From assembly GCA_963666285.1 (NCBI GenBank), contig OY762711.1: a stretch of 64,000 nt of DNA. One strand, written 5' to 3'. The DNA comes from Sedimentisphaerales bacterium (GTDB lineage Bacteria; Planctomycetota; Phycisphaerae; Sedimentisphaerales; SM23-30). This document shows, piece after piece, positions 11,105 to 21,781 of this stretch. Under the pieces are notes generated by a model. It had not been told where the DNA came from. It made no database searches and was given only the letters and a program-made list of their open reading frames with translations. How positions within the stretch are numbered: the first letter of the stretch is position 1; each line of letters begins with the position of its first letter. A program made the translations under genes and the position numbers.

Positions 11105-11676
11105 TTCAAACCCTCACACCGTAAATTTCTACGAAAACAAATTGCCAGTTTTGCGTGAATATTAGAAATAATCCTGTGAATTGAAGGAGGTTTTTTACTG
11201 ATTCTTAAAGATATCTGCTTCAAGGTTAATTCATCTTTATATCTCAATTTAAGCAAAGATTTTTCTTTATTGGCTAACTTTTTTACACATTTATTGAGAA
11301 TATCAATATGATCATCAAGGTTTCCAATTCTGGACTTTACTCTTGCTGCAATTGTCTCACATATCTCTGAATCAAATTGCATCTTGCTGTTTTTGGAAGC
11401 CCGATAAAAATGGAAAACTTTATACTTGGCTATCGTTATTGCCCAGGCAGCAAAATCAGTACCAGGTACAAAAGTTTCATATTTATTCCACATCTCCGAT
11501 GCCGTTTCCTGATATATATCTTCAGCATCATTAATATTTGGAACCAGACTAATGATAAAGGCTTGAATGTGTCTTTGATTAGCCATCAGCAGCTTGATAA
11601 AATCATTTTTATCAAAACCGGAATTGTTATTTGAATTTACATTACTCATAAAATACTCACTAAGAACATATATCAA
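11101..11676 (-). CDS. ECF sigma-70 factor (Planctomycete/Verrucomicrobia type); ATG at 11649 may be the true start
   Basis: DAEDIYQET...FAAWAITIAKYKV region 2 and region 4 HTH; overlaps the FecR gene start. Confidence 0.9.
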   Translation of the reverse strand: MIYVLSEYFMSNVNSNNNSGFDKNDFIKLLMANQRHIQAFIISLVPNINDAEDIYQETASEMWNKYETFVPGTDFAAWAITIAKYKVFHFYRASKNSKMQFDSEICETIAARVKSRIGNLDDHIDILNKCVKKLANKEKSLLKLRYKDELTLKQISLRISKKPPSIHRIISNIHAKLAICFRRNLRCEGLK

Positions 11677-12206
11677 TCACATTAAGGATCAAAAAATTAG
11701 CATAAAAATATAAAACCATCATTCCATACAACATAAATATAATAATTATAATGATTTATATACATGACAATATTGTATGTTTTTTAAATTTAGATTTATC
11801 TGCCCCAAATCACTTTAGCCTATATCAGTCATCGAAAATATTAGCATGAACAATTTACTAATTTGTAAAAAATATACCTTCAACAAAAATATGAGGTGCT
11901 AAACAGATAACAGACACTTGTTGAGAGGTCTATATTCTAATATAAACAAGGAGAAGTTATCATTGGAAAATGTGTAAAATGCCATATAAGATAGATAGGA
12001 CAATATCTGAGAATATCCCCCACTCATCCTTGTCCAAAATCAGACAAACCTCCTCATCCACCCTGTCCAATTCGTGCCCAATTCCCCACTCAAATTTCCC
12101 CTCTCCCAAGTCAAAACTGCGTACACTTGCGCACACAGCCATTTTTTAGGGAATATTTAAAATAGAGAAAGCCTCATAAGTTATTTACTTACAAGGCTTT
12201 ATTAAG

Positions 12207-12251
12207 TACGCCATTTAGGACTCGAACCTAAAACCCACGGATTAAGAGTCC
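12207..12251 (-). pseudogene. 3' half of tRNA-Lys(CTT): att site (island boundary)
   Basis: Minus strand GGA-CTCTTAA-TCCGTGGG-TTTTAGGTTCGAGTCCTAA-ATGGCGTA gives anticodon loop, T arm and acceptor 3' strand; no D arm or acceptor 5' strand upstream. Confidence 0.85.
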
Positions 12252-12379
12252 TAGCCCCGCCTCATAAAGCCTTTATTTACAGCACCTTATAAGCCATTTT
12301 TTGCGTAAAAATGGCGATTACAGGACAACAACAAGACAACACTAACCTCAATAACACGAGGTTGACAGTTGCGATTGAC

Positions 12380-13086
12380 ACCATTTTGACACCACAATCC
12401 TTGTTGAGTCCTTTCAAACTAAACGAAATTTCAAGTCGATAATACATTACCTAGAAAGCACTTAAACCCAATATGAGTTTTTGCCTATTACGCGACAGCT
12501 TTTCAATAAGGATAAAAACAAAGAGCATGCCAAATATAGAAACATTGGATTATTCCACAAAAAAATAAGGTTTGATGCCAAATAATGCGCAAAAAAACTG
12601 CCACTACGACAGTTACATTTCACCCAAACTGCCAAAGCGGCATATACGCGCAATTGATGATTATCAATTAGGTCGGCATTTTAACTACAAAACTTAAAAC
12701 AAACAAGTATATTTTCCTATTATTTACTACTAATTACCATAAATAACTATATATTCCCCCTCGGATGACACCTTTTATGCTCTTTTTACAAATCAACAAT
12801 AGTCAAATCACAGTAAACATTCGAGCTAAGCAAACTGGTATCCCCAAGCAAGTCTTTAACGTGCATTACATTAGCACGATTTTTCACCATATCTGTAGCA
12901 CATGACCGGCGAAATGTATGCGGGGTAATATGCTTTGCTTAGCATATCTTACACTTCAACCATCCTATTTATACCATTTTGACACCGCGATTATTGTTTA
13001 GAGCTTTTGATTAACGCAAAACAATCCAAGCTATAAAGCATTAAATACAAAAACTTAAATCAAAGATGACTTTTTGCCTATTACGC
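12380..13086 (+). repeat. Degenerate 114-bp direct repeat (12380-12493 and 12973-13086)
   Basis: Both copies start ACCATTTTGACACC, end TTTTTGCCTATTACGC and have the same length. Confidence 0.8.
12747..12940 (-). pseudogene. XerC/D-like tyrosine recombinase C-terminal remnant
   Basis: Manual translation: KHITPHTFRRSCATDMVKNRANVMHVKDLLGDTSLLSSNVYCDLTIVDL*KEHKRCHPR (HxxR, LG(H>D), Y, terminal HPR; internal stop; no N-terminus). Confidence 0.85.
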
Positions 13087-13533
13087 CTCAAAGGCCTGGT
13101 TCGCAAAATCTGCTCAGCGAATTAAGTAAAAAGCGACTAACTTAATTTGTCTAACAGTGCAAATGTGCAAACAAAAACTCATGTGGTTAATTGAAATAGC
13201 AGATGGAACTAGTCGCTGCCTCTCTCAATTAAGCGAAACATAGATCTAAGCTCTTGAAAAATAAGATTAACCAACCAGAATGAGAATCACTCCGGCTGGA
13301 TAATCAAAATATTTCATATATTACTTCACCCGTCCACTACATTTAGGACAGTGAATATGCCAATGCAACCCCTTAAACTCTCGTTTGAAATTCTGTGAAC
13401 AATTATTACAATACCTAGCTCCGCATTTCTCGCATTGATAAACTCTTTTAGTGCTATCACACATTTCACATTTTGCCATAAAATTTTCCTTTCTTCAAAA
13501 AATATATTAAAAAAACAAAATATAGTTAATATC

Positions 13534-13767
13534 TTAATGTGGCCGACTTGGGCAAACCGATCCACCACAAAGCGGACAACGAGAAGTTTCCGGTTTTGAT
13601 GCTTCATAAGAATAAGAGCATGATTGACATCTGTGCAACCACTTGCCATGCCCTGACCCGCCTTCTGAATATCTCATAACTTTTTTACAGTCATCACAAA
13701 ATTTTGTTTCATTATAATCACTTCTCTCAGTAGCATTACATACTGGGCAAACATAAGTGTAAGCCAT
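13534..13767 (-). CDS. Small double zinc-ribbon protein (77 aa)
   Basis: Four CxxC motifs; AGGAG Shine-Dalgarno ahead of ATG 13767. Confidence 0.7.
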   Translation of the reverse strand: MAYTYVCPVCNATERSDYNETKFCDDCKKVMRYSEGGSGHGKWLHRCQSCSYSYEASKPETSRCPLCGGSVCPSRPH

Positions 13768-13829
13768 AATATTTCTCCTATTAAAAAAATAATGTAAAAG
13801 AAATAAAATATATGTTAAGTAATAAAAAA

Positions 13830-16800
13830 TCAACTAAATTCTTCAAAATCGGCTCTCTTATCCCACTTTTTTGCGTCCTCTTCATAGTCTTTAGCAATAC
13901 TATCCAATATTGATGCAGTTTTAATCCATTTGATTCTTATTTCATCAGCATACTCTTTATACTTTTTCGATAACTCCCATTCCTGCTTTCCACCTGATCC
14001 TCGAAAAACTGCTCCTCTTTGATTCAAGACTCCAACACCAAACCCATCATGTATAGCTTTATTATAAATATCTTCAATAACATCTCTAACTTCTACGCAC
14101 GGAAATATCCCATCATCAGCTAGTGGGGCATGAGATAATATTTTTCCAATATGAGAATCGCAAAGTCCAACGATGCCAATCTTGTCAGCAAGTTCACGAG
14201 CCTCTTGTATCCACCATTTAAGCTTAGCAACATCAACACTAACTCCATCTTCAGTTTTGGCTAAACCTGGGATGGTGTGAATTCCATTAAGTAAGTGATA
14301 TCCATGCTGTGCTATTCCGCTATCCCTTCCCTGTTCCATTTTATTTCCATCGTCATCAAGATTACAAATTAGTTTAAGTATGGAGATAAATAAGTCAGGA
14401 GAAGAACATACTGTGCTATAAAGTACCTTTATACCTCTTTTTGAATTTTCGAGTAAACGCAAATAACTCCATTCAAGGTTAGAAACTATATTTTCATCAA
14501 CATCTAACGAATCTAAGTAGCAAAATAACTTTTCAATATAATAGCTATTGGCTTGCCTGTTGGAATGCCGAGAAACTGGTTCATTTTTAACTTCCAGAGC
14601 GAATTGTAATAAATCAGCCACGACTTCTCCTGAAGGTAGCTTGGCATGCTCCGATTCGTCACATCTTTCAATTAGCATTGCGAGTAATTCAATTGCATCA
14701 CAAGGATTAGAATATTGTTTCCACTTTTCAAGTGCTATTTCCCATTGCTTTCTCAGTTCAAATCTCGTACCAACATTCAGCCAATACATTTTTTCTACAT
14801 CACTGCCCCATTCCTTAACTTTATCCCATACTGCTTGAGAAGAAGGTAAACATAGTGCTAGGTTTGAATATATGTTATCATTCCAAACAATATTGTATTC
14901 TAACACTTTACTTAACCACTCCTCACTATTTCCAGATTGATTACAATCAGTACAGATATAGCTACGCCCAAACTGCAATAAAGGGCTACATGATAACTGG
15001 TCAGGTGATATTGATAATGCCTTTTGAAAAATCAAATTTACTTCTTCTTTTTCTAACTTGATACTTGCAGTTGTTTGTCCTACGTTTGATGGAATTATGA
15101 CACTCTCAGCTAGCCTTAAAACACCGTCAATTCCATATTGATCATACACTTCATTACACGAGCTAATTCTTTTCTCACTAATCCATTTTTCCCATTCATA
15201 CCCATAGCGTCCATCTGGGCATTCAGGATCATTGGGCTCCCATGTGAAATATGTCTTTACTTTCAACACAGAATCAGATAACTCAAATTTATTATTTATA
15301 TCGTCAAGGTGAGACAGTGCATATTCATCCAAAGCCCAATCAGCATCATTATATGTTCTGTGCCGCTTGATCATTTCATTTAATGTTTCTTTTACAATAG
15401 CTTTATCATTGTCATCCCAAGAATTAACATCAATTTGCATTAGAGAGTCAAATATTATTTTGCCAACTTTTGGCGATCCTTTTTGAATATCCGGATACAT
15501 CTCTAACAGTTCTGATATTCGATTAGGATTACTATCGCACCAGCTAACCATTTTTGTAACCAATACTAAAACAAACTCCCAATACTCTTTGTTTGTGACA
15601 ACTCTCTCTTTTACTTCCCCTAAATAATCAGGTCTTACCGTAGGTGAAGTGATGGCATGCGATTTTGGTAATAATCCAATTGCAACTTTCCATGTTACGT
15701 CTGGAGAGCCCATATACATCCTATCAAGCACATTTACAGAATCATTTAACTCCTCTGAATGTTGAGGTCTCCAGGGAAGTAATATTCTTACTAAACTATC
15801 AAGAGGATTATTCCCGCCAATGTTATTTGGTGCATTTTCAGCAAGTTTTACGAGGATTAATAATACATTATGAAAATATTCATGCATCCATGCAAGTTGT
15901 TCCAATGCCCACAGTAAAAATACATGTGGACTTGTTTGGGTAAATATATCTTGAGTGCCTGAAGAGTCAGGGTAAAACATAGTGGGATTTTTCAACAGTA
16001 TTTCTTCAAGAGAGTCTAAAAAAACAATAGGAGCAGCTTCAGCCAATTCCGAATATACATTTCTTAGTGATATCCACCTAATCTCGGCGTCAGGCAATGA
16101 AGGAGAAATCAAATCTCGAATAATTTTGTTTGCCCATCGTTGTCCTTCACTATGTACTATTGCTAATCTTGCTAGAGAATCAGCTAGTCCTTTACAAAGA
16201 AACCCTGAATATTTTCTAACCTTACCTAGAAGCTGAGCCATACCACGTTTAGAAACTTCAAGGTCTAATGATGGATCTCTTTCACCTATTACTTCAATCA
16301 CAATTTCTTGAAAATTATCTAATGTGGACCTTGTTATTTTTGATGCCAACTGACTCCATACATACTCCTTTGAAGCTGATAGCCAGCATCCATCTTGGCA
16401 TATCCAAGGTCCATCAGGTAACAATGTAGTATGTATCAGATTTTCAATTTCACGATAGCTCTTTCCTGATATTTTTTCAATAATCTTACGATCATTGAGG
16501 TTACTTTCTACCCAACCGCCAGCAAGTAATATTGATGCATGCACTGTAGCATCATTTTGCATTACCCATTTTGGCGATAGATTTGAATCCGCACCTAAGA
16601 TCCAAAATAAAGCAGCTAATGATCCCTTTGAATCAACAACAATTTGCCTGACTTTGTGTTCAGAATAATCAAAATATTTTGATAAATAACTTTCAAGGGC
16701 AGCTCTATTGCATTTCCCAAGAGTAATCTGTTCGTCATTTCTGGTATTACCACTTACCCCGCCTGAAATCCTTGGAATAATTATGCGCCACTTTGGAACA

Positions 16801-17675
16801 TTTTTGGCTTTGATTATTCCCAAAACTTCACAGTCCAAAGGGACAATTATTATGGGTTCGTTGTATGTCGCTAGTAAATTAATATTTGCATCTTTATCAG
16901 CAAAAATCATAGGAGGACATTGAGAAAAGTCGTCGCTTTTAACCTTTACTAATGAAGCTAGAAATAATGCTACTTCATCAACCGATTCTCCGTAAACTTG
17001 GATTTCATTTCTACTGCTAGTGATTGCCTCAACTAGCTCATCTTTAACCTTATTTCGGCCAGCAAAAACCAGCTCTGGAGATAACTCAAAATTGTATAAT
17101 ATTTCTTGAGTTTTTATGTATTGATTAACATCGTATAACCCTTTGGCAGGTAGTCCACAGACATCACAAAACCAAAGCATTACTACTGGACATTGCTCCA
17201 TCCAACTTACAATATCAGTTGAATCATATACACGAATGTCTTTCCACTCTGAATCGTTGGTATTCTTTCTTACCCATTCATGGTAACCCCATTTTTGTGA
17301 TGTGACAAATATGTAAGTTGAATTACTTGGTTTAATATCATCTTGCAGGTTTGAAAAATGCTTGGCTAGTTTTTCATCTGAACTCTTAAAATCATCATCG
17401 GCTTTTCTTTTTGGTTCTTTTGAAGTTCCAAATTCCCACAACGAAACACCATGCGGTATAAATTGATTATTGAACTGATTATCAGTAACCAATATCCCAT
17501 CAGCCCCTGGAAGGTTAATCTGATCGCCATAAGGGAATCGCTTCCAATTTATATGTTTTCGATCAATGCTTGCAGTTACTAATTTGTCAATTAACTGAGC
17601 TAACAGTTCTTGCCCATCTCTTCTGTCTGATGATAAATATTGCTCAATTGTTGTAGCATCTATAAATGATCTCAT
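13830..17675 (-). CDS. Large putative anti-phage protein: N-terminal PD-(D/E)XK-like domain, degenerate NTPase-like middle, helical C-terminus
   Basis: 1281 aa; PGADG...WEFG...KADDDF N-terminus; C-terminal GGKQEWEL...Y...A...W..TA...IA..YE motif of a widespread island-borne family. Confidence 0.6.
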   Translation of the reverse strand: MRSFIDATTIEQYLSSDRRDGQELLAQLIDKLVTASIDRKHINWKRFPYGDQINLPGADGILVTDNQFNNQFIPHGVSLWEFGTSKEPKRKADDDFKSSDEKLAKHFSNLQDDIKPSNSTYIFVTSQKWGYHEWVRKNTNDSEWKDIRVYDSTDIVSWMEQCPVVMLWFCDVCGLPAKGLYDVNQYIKTQEILYNFELSPELVFAGRNKVKDELVEAITSSRNEIQVYGESVDEVALFLASLVKVKSDDFSQCPPMIFADKDANINLLATYNEPIIIVPLDCEVLGIIKAKNVPKWRIIIPRISGGVSGNTRNDEQITLGKCNRAALESYLSKYFDYSEHKVRQIVVDSKGSLAALFWILGADSNLSPKWVMQNDATVHASILLAGGWVESNLNDRKIIEKISGKSYREIENLIHTTLLPDGPWICQDGCWLSASKEYVWSQLASKITRSTLDNFQEIVIEVIGERDPSLDLEVSKRGMAQLLGKVRKYSGFLCKGLADSLARLAIVHSEGQRWANKIIRDLISPSLPDAEIRWISLRNVYSELAEAAPIVFLDSLEEILLKNPTMFYPDSSGTQDIFTQTSPHVFLLWALEQLAWMHEYFHNVLLILVKLAENAPNNIGGNNPLDSLVRILLPWRPQHSEELNDSVNVLDRMYMGSPDVTWKVAIGLLPKSHAITSPTVRPDYLGEVKERVVTNKEYWEFVLVLVTKMVSWCDSNPNRISELLEMYPDIQKGSPKVGKIIFDSLMQIDVNSWDDNDKAIVKETLNEMIKRHRTYNDADWALDEYALSHLDDINNKFELSDSVLKVKTYFTWEPNDPECPDGRYGYEWEKWISEKRISSCNEVYDQYGIDGVLRLAESVIIPSNVGQTTASIKLEKEEVNLIFQKALSISPDQLSCSPLLQFGRSYICTDCNQSGNSEEWLSKVLEYNIVWNDNIYSNLALCLPSSQAVWDKVKEWGSDVEKMYWLNVGTRFELRKQWEIALEKWKQYSNPCDAIELLAMLIERCDESEHAKLPSGEVVADLLQFALEVKNEPVSRHSNRQANSYYIEKLFCYLDSLDVDENIVSNLEWSYLRLLENSKRGIKVLYSTVCSSPDLFISILKLICNLDDDGNKMEQGRDSGIAQHGYHLLNGIHTIPGLAKTEDGVSVDVAKLKWWIQEARELADKIGIVGLCDSHIGKILSHAPLADDGIFPCVEVRDVIEDIYNKAIHDGFGVGVLNQRGAVFRGSGGKQEWELSKKYKEYADEIRIKWIKTASILDSIAKDYEEDAKKWDKRADFEEFS

Positions 17676-18557
17676 GATTAATCTAACCTTCCCAATATAG
17701 TATGAATTTTGCTAATATTTATAAGTTCATATTATAAGCATATTTTATCAGATTAAAATAGGAATACAACCATGCCATAAACTGCATATTTCTGTTGTTC
17801 CGTTCCGTTTTTCAATAATCATGCTAGTATTTTGATAACTCACATTATAATAAGCACTTAAGAATATTGCTGTTGTTCCCGTTCCAGGGGCTTTATATTA
17901 CGTTCCATATCTACACAAGCATTTTTCATAATTATTCATACATTATTCATTACTTTACCCGTGAACGAAGAGAGCGGGTTTCCATACCCATCTATCATCA
18001 TTTACCCAATACATCCCACTATCAAATCCCATTATTCCAAAACCTTAAATGGCGATGAGCATGCGAAGAGCCTATTACGTTTTGGGCTTACCACAACATC
18101 AATTCTACCCATCTTTTCCTTTTCATTCCCATACATACACTTATTCTACTTCTTATCTCTTCCCCATTTTTCCCACTGTCACGCCCACCTTCACTCCTAA
18201 CTTTTTCCCGACTTTTTACGTTTTTAGCGGAGCGACCCTGAAAGGGGAAAAACCTAAAATGGCGGTGCTACGCCAAACACATTTGAAGCTAGCCCGACCA
18301 TTACCATTAAATAAAGGCAATAGAATTTTGTATTCTACTGCCTTTTCTATTACCTCAAAACTTACAAATTTATTATCAAATTCTATACAATACGCTAGTC
18401 ACAGCCACTATCATTTAGCCCATCTTGAAAACCGTCTTCGTATATTTTGTTAATAATAATTTCCAAATCATCATCAAATACTGCTGTTTCAATTTTTAAT
18501 AAATCACGTATTATTTGAATTTTACTTTGTGAATACTTATCCATTTTATGCTACTCC

Positions 18558-19115
18558 TTATTGATTCAACTCAAACTTTCCAGGCAATGCTTTCTTAAAG
18601 CGAGCATTATTACCCTTGCTCTTTATCTCCCGCAGGAAAGTCGCATACAAAGTATTAGCAGGTGTCTTGCCACCCTTGGCAGGTTCCCAGATTTTCCGTT
18701 CCAATGCAAGCTCAACAATATCCTTACAAGCCATCGGCTCTTTTGCATCCCGCAAGATTTCTATTGCTGCTCCAACCAAAGTAACCCTCTTATCCGGTGC
18801 TACCTTTTCAGTATCAGCCTTTACTTTATTAACAACTTTTTTAGTAACCTTTTTCTCAGCAGGTTTAGCTTTTTTAACAGTCTTCTTAGCTACCTTCTTT
18901 ACCGCTTTTTTAACAACTTTCTTTTCCTCCTTTTTAGGTGCGACCGCCGAAGTTACCAACTGTCCTGCTGTCTTAATATGAATCGTTTTTTCTGTTGCGG
19001 TATTTATCGTATCCCAGCCTCCCGATTCATGTTTCCCCGTAATTTTTACCGTTACAAGGCTATTTCTAACTTTAGTCTGGTAAATTCCGCCAATTCTTAC
19101 ATCTTCTGCTTTCAT
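18558..19115 (-). CDS. HARE-HTH (HB1/ASXL) winged-helix protein with Lys-rich linker
   Basis: AAIEIL...EPM..KDIVE...GKTPANTLYA...REI...RF motif; KKAVKKVAKK linker. Confidence 0.8.
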   Translation of the reverse strand: MKAEDVRIGGIYQTKVRNSLVTVKITGKHESGGWDTINTATEKTIHIKTAGQLVTSAVAPKKEEKKVVKKAVKKVAKKTVKKAKPAEKKVTKKVVNKVKADTEKVAPDKRVTLVGAAIEILRDAKEPMACKDIVELALERKIWEPAKGGKTPANTLYATFLREIKSKGNNARFKKALPGKFELNQ

Positions 19116-19256
19116 TTTTAGTCTCCTAAAATATTAGTAATTACTTACAGGGCAATAACTTACATGCCCTAAAACGACTGAGACATTACCTCTGAAAGCA
19201 AATTGCATCAAGTCAATTATCACTTTTTTATCAAAGAAATTTCAAATTGTTTGATA

Positions 19257-21338
19257 TCAGCTAAAAAATCGCGAATTATCCTTATACACAATTTCAACTC
19301 TATCCGGAATCATCAACTCTTTGGCAACCAAAGCCTTCTCTATTTTTTGCATAGCCTTTTCGTTAGTCGCTAACACCACAACAGAAAAGCCCGACAATAG
19401 CCCGTGTCGCAAATTTTTCTCAAAGTCCGACCTTCCGGTCTCAATCTCAAAAATAAGCGTTTGTCCGGCCTTGTGTGCGAAGACATCGGCAACACCGCTG
19501 CCAAGCGTAGCTTCAATCTCAACCGTATAGCCAAGCTCCCGAAGACGGTTGGCATATCTATGCTTGTAATAGTAATGCTCTAGCGACTCATTACGTATTT
19601 CCTGTGGTATATCATTTTTATCCCTGCTTGCATAATCAATGACCAAGCCAACATCAATCCAGCCCTTTTTATCATGCCTAGTAATACCATTGGTCCTGGG
19701 CAGTCCAACTTTTTGAATACCAAAATTCTGCCGGCCTTTATCTGTCAAATGCAAAATGGTCTTTCTGGTATTACCATCATTGACAATTCTCTGGCTTACC
19801 CAACCTAAAGCTAAAAGTTCATCCTTAATTTCATTACCTTTCCATACACTAATACCAAGACGTTTATATCTTACTTTTACACCATCATCTGGATGGAGTA
19901 AAATATCTTGTACCAGACTAATAATCACGTCATCGGGATTATTAGAGGGTATCCGACCACCGACCCCGCAAAACCTGCCCGAATTCGGCAAAATTGGCCG
20001 ACCCTGCCCCGACCCCGCCAAATTCCCGGACATGTGCCGAACTACCACATCATCAGTTACCTGTCCTTTTGTCAGTTTTAGGTGGTCAAACGCCACTAGA
20101 AACGGGTTCGGCCAAGAATTCTGCAATTTTACAATTCCTGTACCAATTTCAAGCTGACTTAGGTAATGTTTTTCCGTATCATCAAGCAATGATAAACCTG
20201 CCGCTTTTGAAATATCAGAGGTATCTTTCAGGTTCAGGCAAATACTGGTGTGGATATTCCCTAGAGCAGATGAAGGCAACTGGCTTGGTTGCTGGTCAAC
20301 CAACACAACACCAATACCAAGCTCACGACATTGCCGAAGTAATGTTTCAGTTAGTGATTCATTAGTACTTTTACTTCTGTGCAGAACATTATGAGCTTCT
20401 TCGAGAATTAAAACTAATGATAATTTCTCACGACTCGAATCTGCAAACTTAACCTGATATGCCCAAGAAAACAACAACGGTACAATAAACTTCCTTGCAG
20501 ACTGTGAAATACTATCCAGTTCAACAATATTAACACCGTTTACCAGTTGTTTGGTAAAGCTTACCTGATCCTTTACAGTTCCGCCAGCCAATTTAGATAA
20601 CTTCAATTCTTCCAATGCTCGAAGTGCGGTTGCTTTCCAGCTATAACTCTTGGTTTTATTACCTACCTTCTTTACCGCATGATCTATTCCTTCGATAACC
20701 TGATCTATACTTATTACTTTACCATACTTATCATAAGCCCAAACCATTGCTTTCTGGATAAGACTTCTGGCACCATCACCTAAAGTATAAGCATTGGCCA
20801 GAACATCTACCAAATGCTGTAAATAGATGCTTGGCTCTATGCCTGGGGGTGGCGAGAATGGATTAAATGGAAATGGACTAACCGAACGACCAACAGTATA
20901 AACATTAGCCTTCTGTCTTGTTTTGAGATATGGCAGTATGTCACGACCATTTTTCTTCCAATCGAAAAATAATACTGGCATCCTTTTATCAACCAACTGC
21001 TTAAACAAGTTCATGACAACATTAGTTTTTCCGGCACCAGATCTACCAAGTATCGCAGTATGTTGTAACAACTGCTGATAGTTTAAGCCAAAGGAATGCT
21101 TTTTGGTATCGTATATAACATAACCAAGTTTCAAAGGTTTACTGGTAACTTTTGCAGGTGGCAATGACAAAACCTTAGCTTTCCTGGGATCACCAAATAT
21201 TTTATATGCAGTTGAGATAATCTGCTTTTCGATCAATTGCCTTGTTGCAAGGTCGCTCATATCACGAGCCTTCATCCATGTTTTGATTTTATCTGGCATT
21301 AAAGGCTCAAGCCAGAGAGCTATTTTCTCGATGTTCAT
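19257..21338 (-). CDS. HerA/FtsK/TraD-superfamily (DUF87-like) ATPase with C-terminal wHTH and PD-(D/E)XK-like nuclease
   Basis: Walker A GRSGAGKT; Walker B LILEEAH; RELG..VVLVDQQPS; C-terminal ESLEH...VEIE...ADV...IFEIETG. Confidence 0.8.
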   Translation of the reverse strand: MNIEKIALWLEPLMPDKIKTWMKARDMSDLATRQLIEKQIISTAYKIFGDPRKAKVLSLPPAKVTSKPLKLGYVIYDTKKHSFGLNYQQLLQHTAILGRSGAGKTNVVMNLFKQLVDKRMPVLFFDWKKNGRDILPYLKTRQKANVYTVGRSVSPFPFNPFSPPPGIEPSIYLQHLVDVLANAYTLGDGARSLIQKAMVWAYDKYGKVISIDQVIEGIDHAVKKVGNKTKSYSWKATALRALEELKLSKLAGGTVKDQVSFTKQLVNGVNIVELDSISQSARKFIVPLLFSWAYQVKFADSSREKLSLVLILEEAHNVLHRSKSTNESLTETLLRQCRELGIGVVLVDQQPSQLPSSALGNIHTSICLNLKDTSDISKAAGLSLLDDTEKHYLSQLEIGTGIVKLQNSWPNPFLVAFDHLKLTKGQVTDDVVVRHMSGNLAGSGQGRPILPNSGRFCGVGGRIPSNNPDDVIISLVQDILLHPDDGVKVRYKRLGISVWKGNEIKDELLALGWVSQRIVNDGNTRKTILHLTDKGRQNFGIQKVGLPRTNGITRHDKKGWIDVGLVIDYASRDKNDIPQEIRNESLEHYYYKHRYANRLRELGYTVEIEATLGSGVADVFAHKAGQTLIFEIETGRSDFEKNLRHGLLSGFSVVVLATNEKAMQKIEKALVAKELMIPDRVEIVYKDNSRFFS

Positions 21339-21781
21339 GACTTTACCAGTTTATGTCTTCCAACTAATGATACCAGTTTTTCCAGACACTTGCACTGACG
21401 GTCAAAAAAGTCCATCTCAATTCGTTTCCTCTTTTCCCATAATATGTTCAACTGCTCCTTTAACTTCGCAGCTTGAGGATCGGCTGGATTGATAAACCGG
21501 GAACCAAGTAAATGCAAACGTTCAAGGTCAGTTGATACCTGGCATTCAGCTTTTAAGATACCGTCAAGTGCATCTTTTTGCATCTGGTTTAACTTGGAAA
21601 TCTGCCATAAAATCAGTTCGGTCGCTTTTTCAATTCCAGAAGTGATAGAATCAGATGAGTTGTTGGGATTGTCGCTTGAATCTACAATTACTTCATTTAA
21701 TACGACCTCTGCTCTACTGATAACATTATCCTTGCCAACCGAATAATCAGGCTCAGATTTAATGTATCTTAAAGCGTTCAT
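21335..21781 (-). CDS. Hypothetical coiled-coil protein
   Basis: 148 aa; 4-nt overlaps with both neighbours (translational coupling). Confidence 0.65.
   Translation of the reverse strand: MNALRYIKSEPDYSVGKDNVISRAEVVLNEVIVDSSDNPNNSSDSITSGIEKATELILWQISKLNQMQKDALDGILKAECQVSTDLERLHLLGSRFINPADPQAAKLKEQLNILWEKRKRIEMDFFDRQCKCLEKLVSLVGRHKLVKS

Noticed and set aside
12207..12285. Complete tRNA-Lys gene
   Set aside because: Sequence 5' of the anticodon stem cannot form a D arm or pair with the acceptor 3' strand; only the 3' half is present
13326..13649. 107-aa minus-strand ORF
   Set aside because: Overlaps the zinc-ribbon gene in another frame; no motif support
17867..18453. Three overlapping plus-strand ORFs (63, 79, 134 aa)
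   Set aside because: Low-complexity translations of a pyrimidine-rich tract with no SD or recognisable motifs
18561..19121. 186-aa and 121-aa plus-strand ORFs
   Set aside because: Antisense shadows of the Lys-rich HARE-HTH gene
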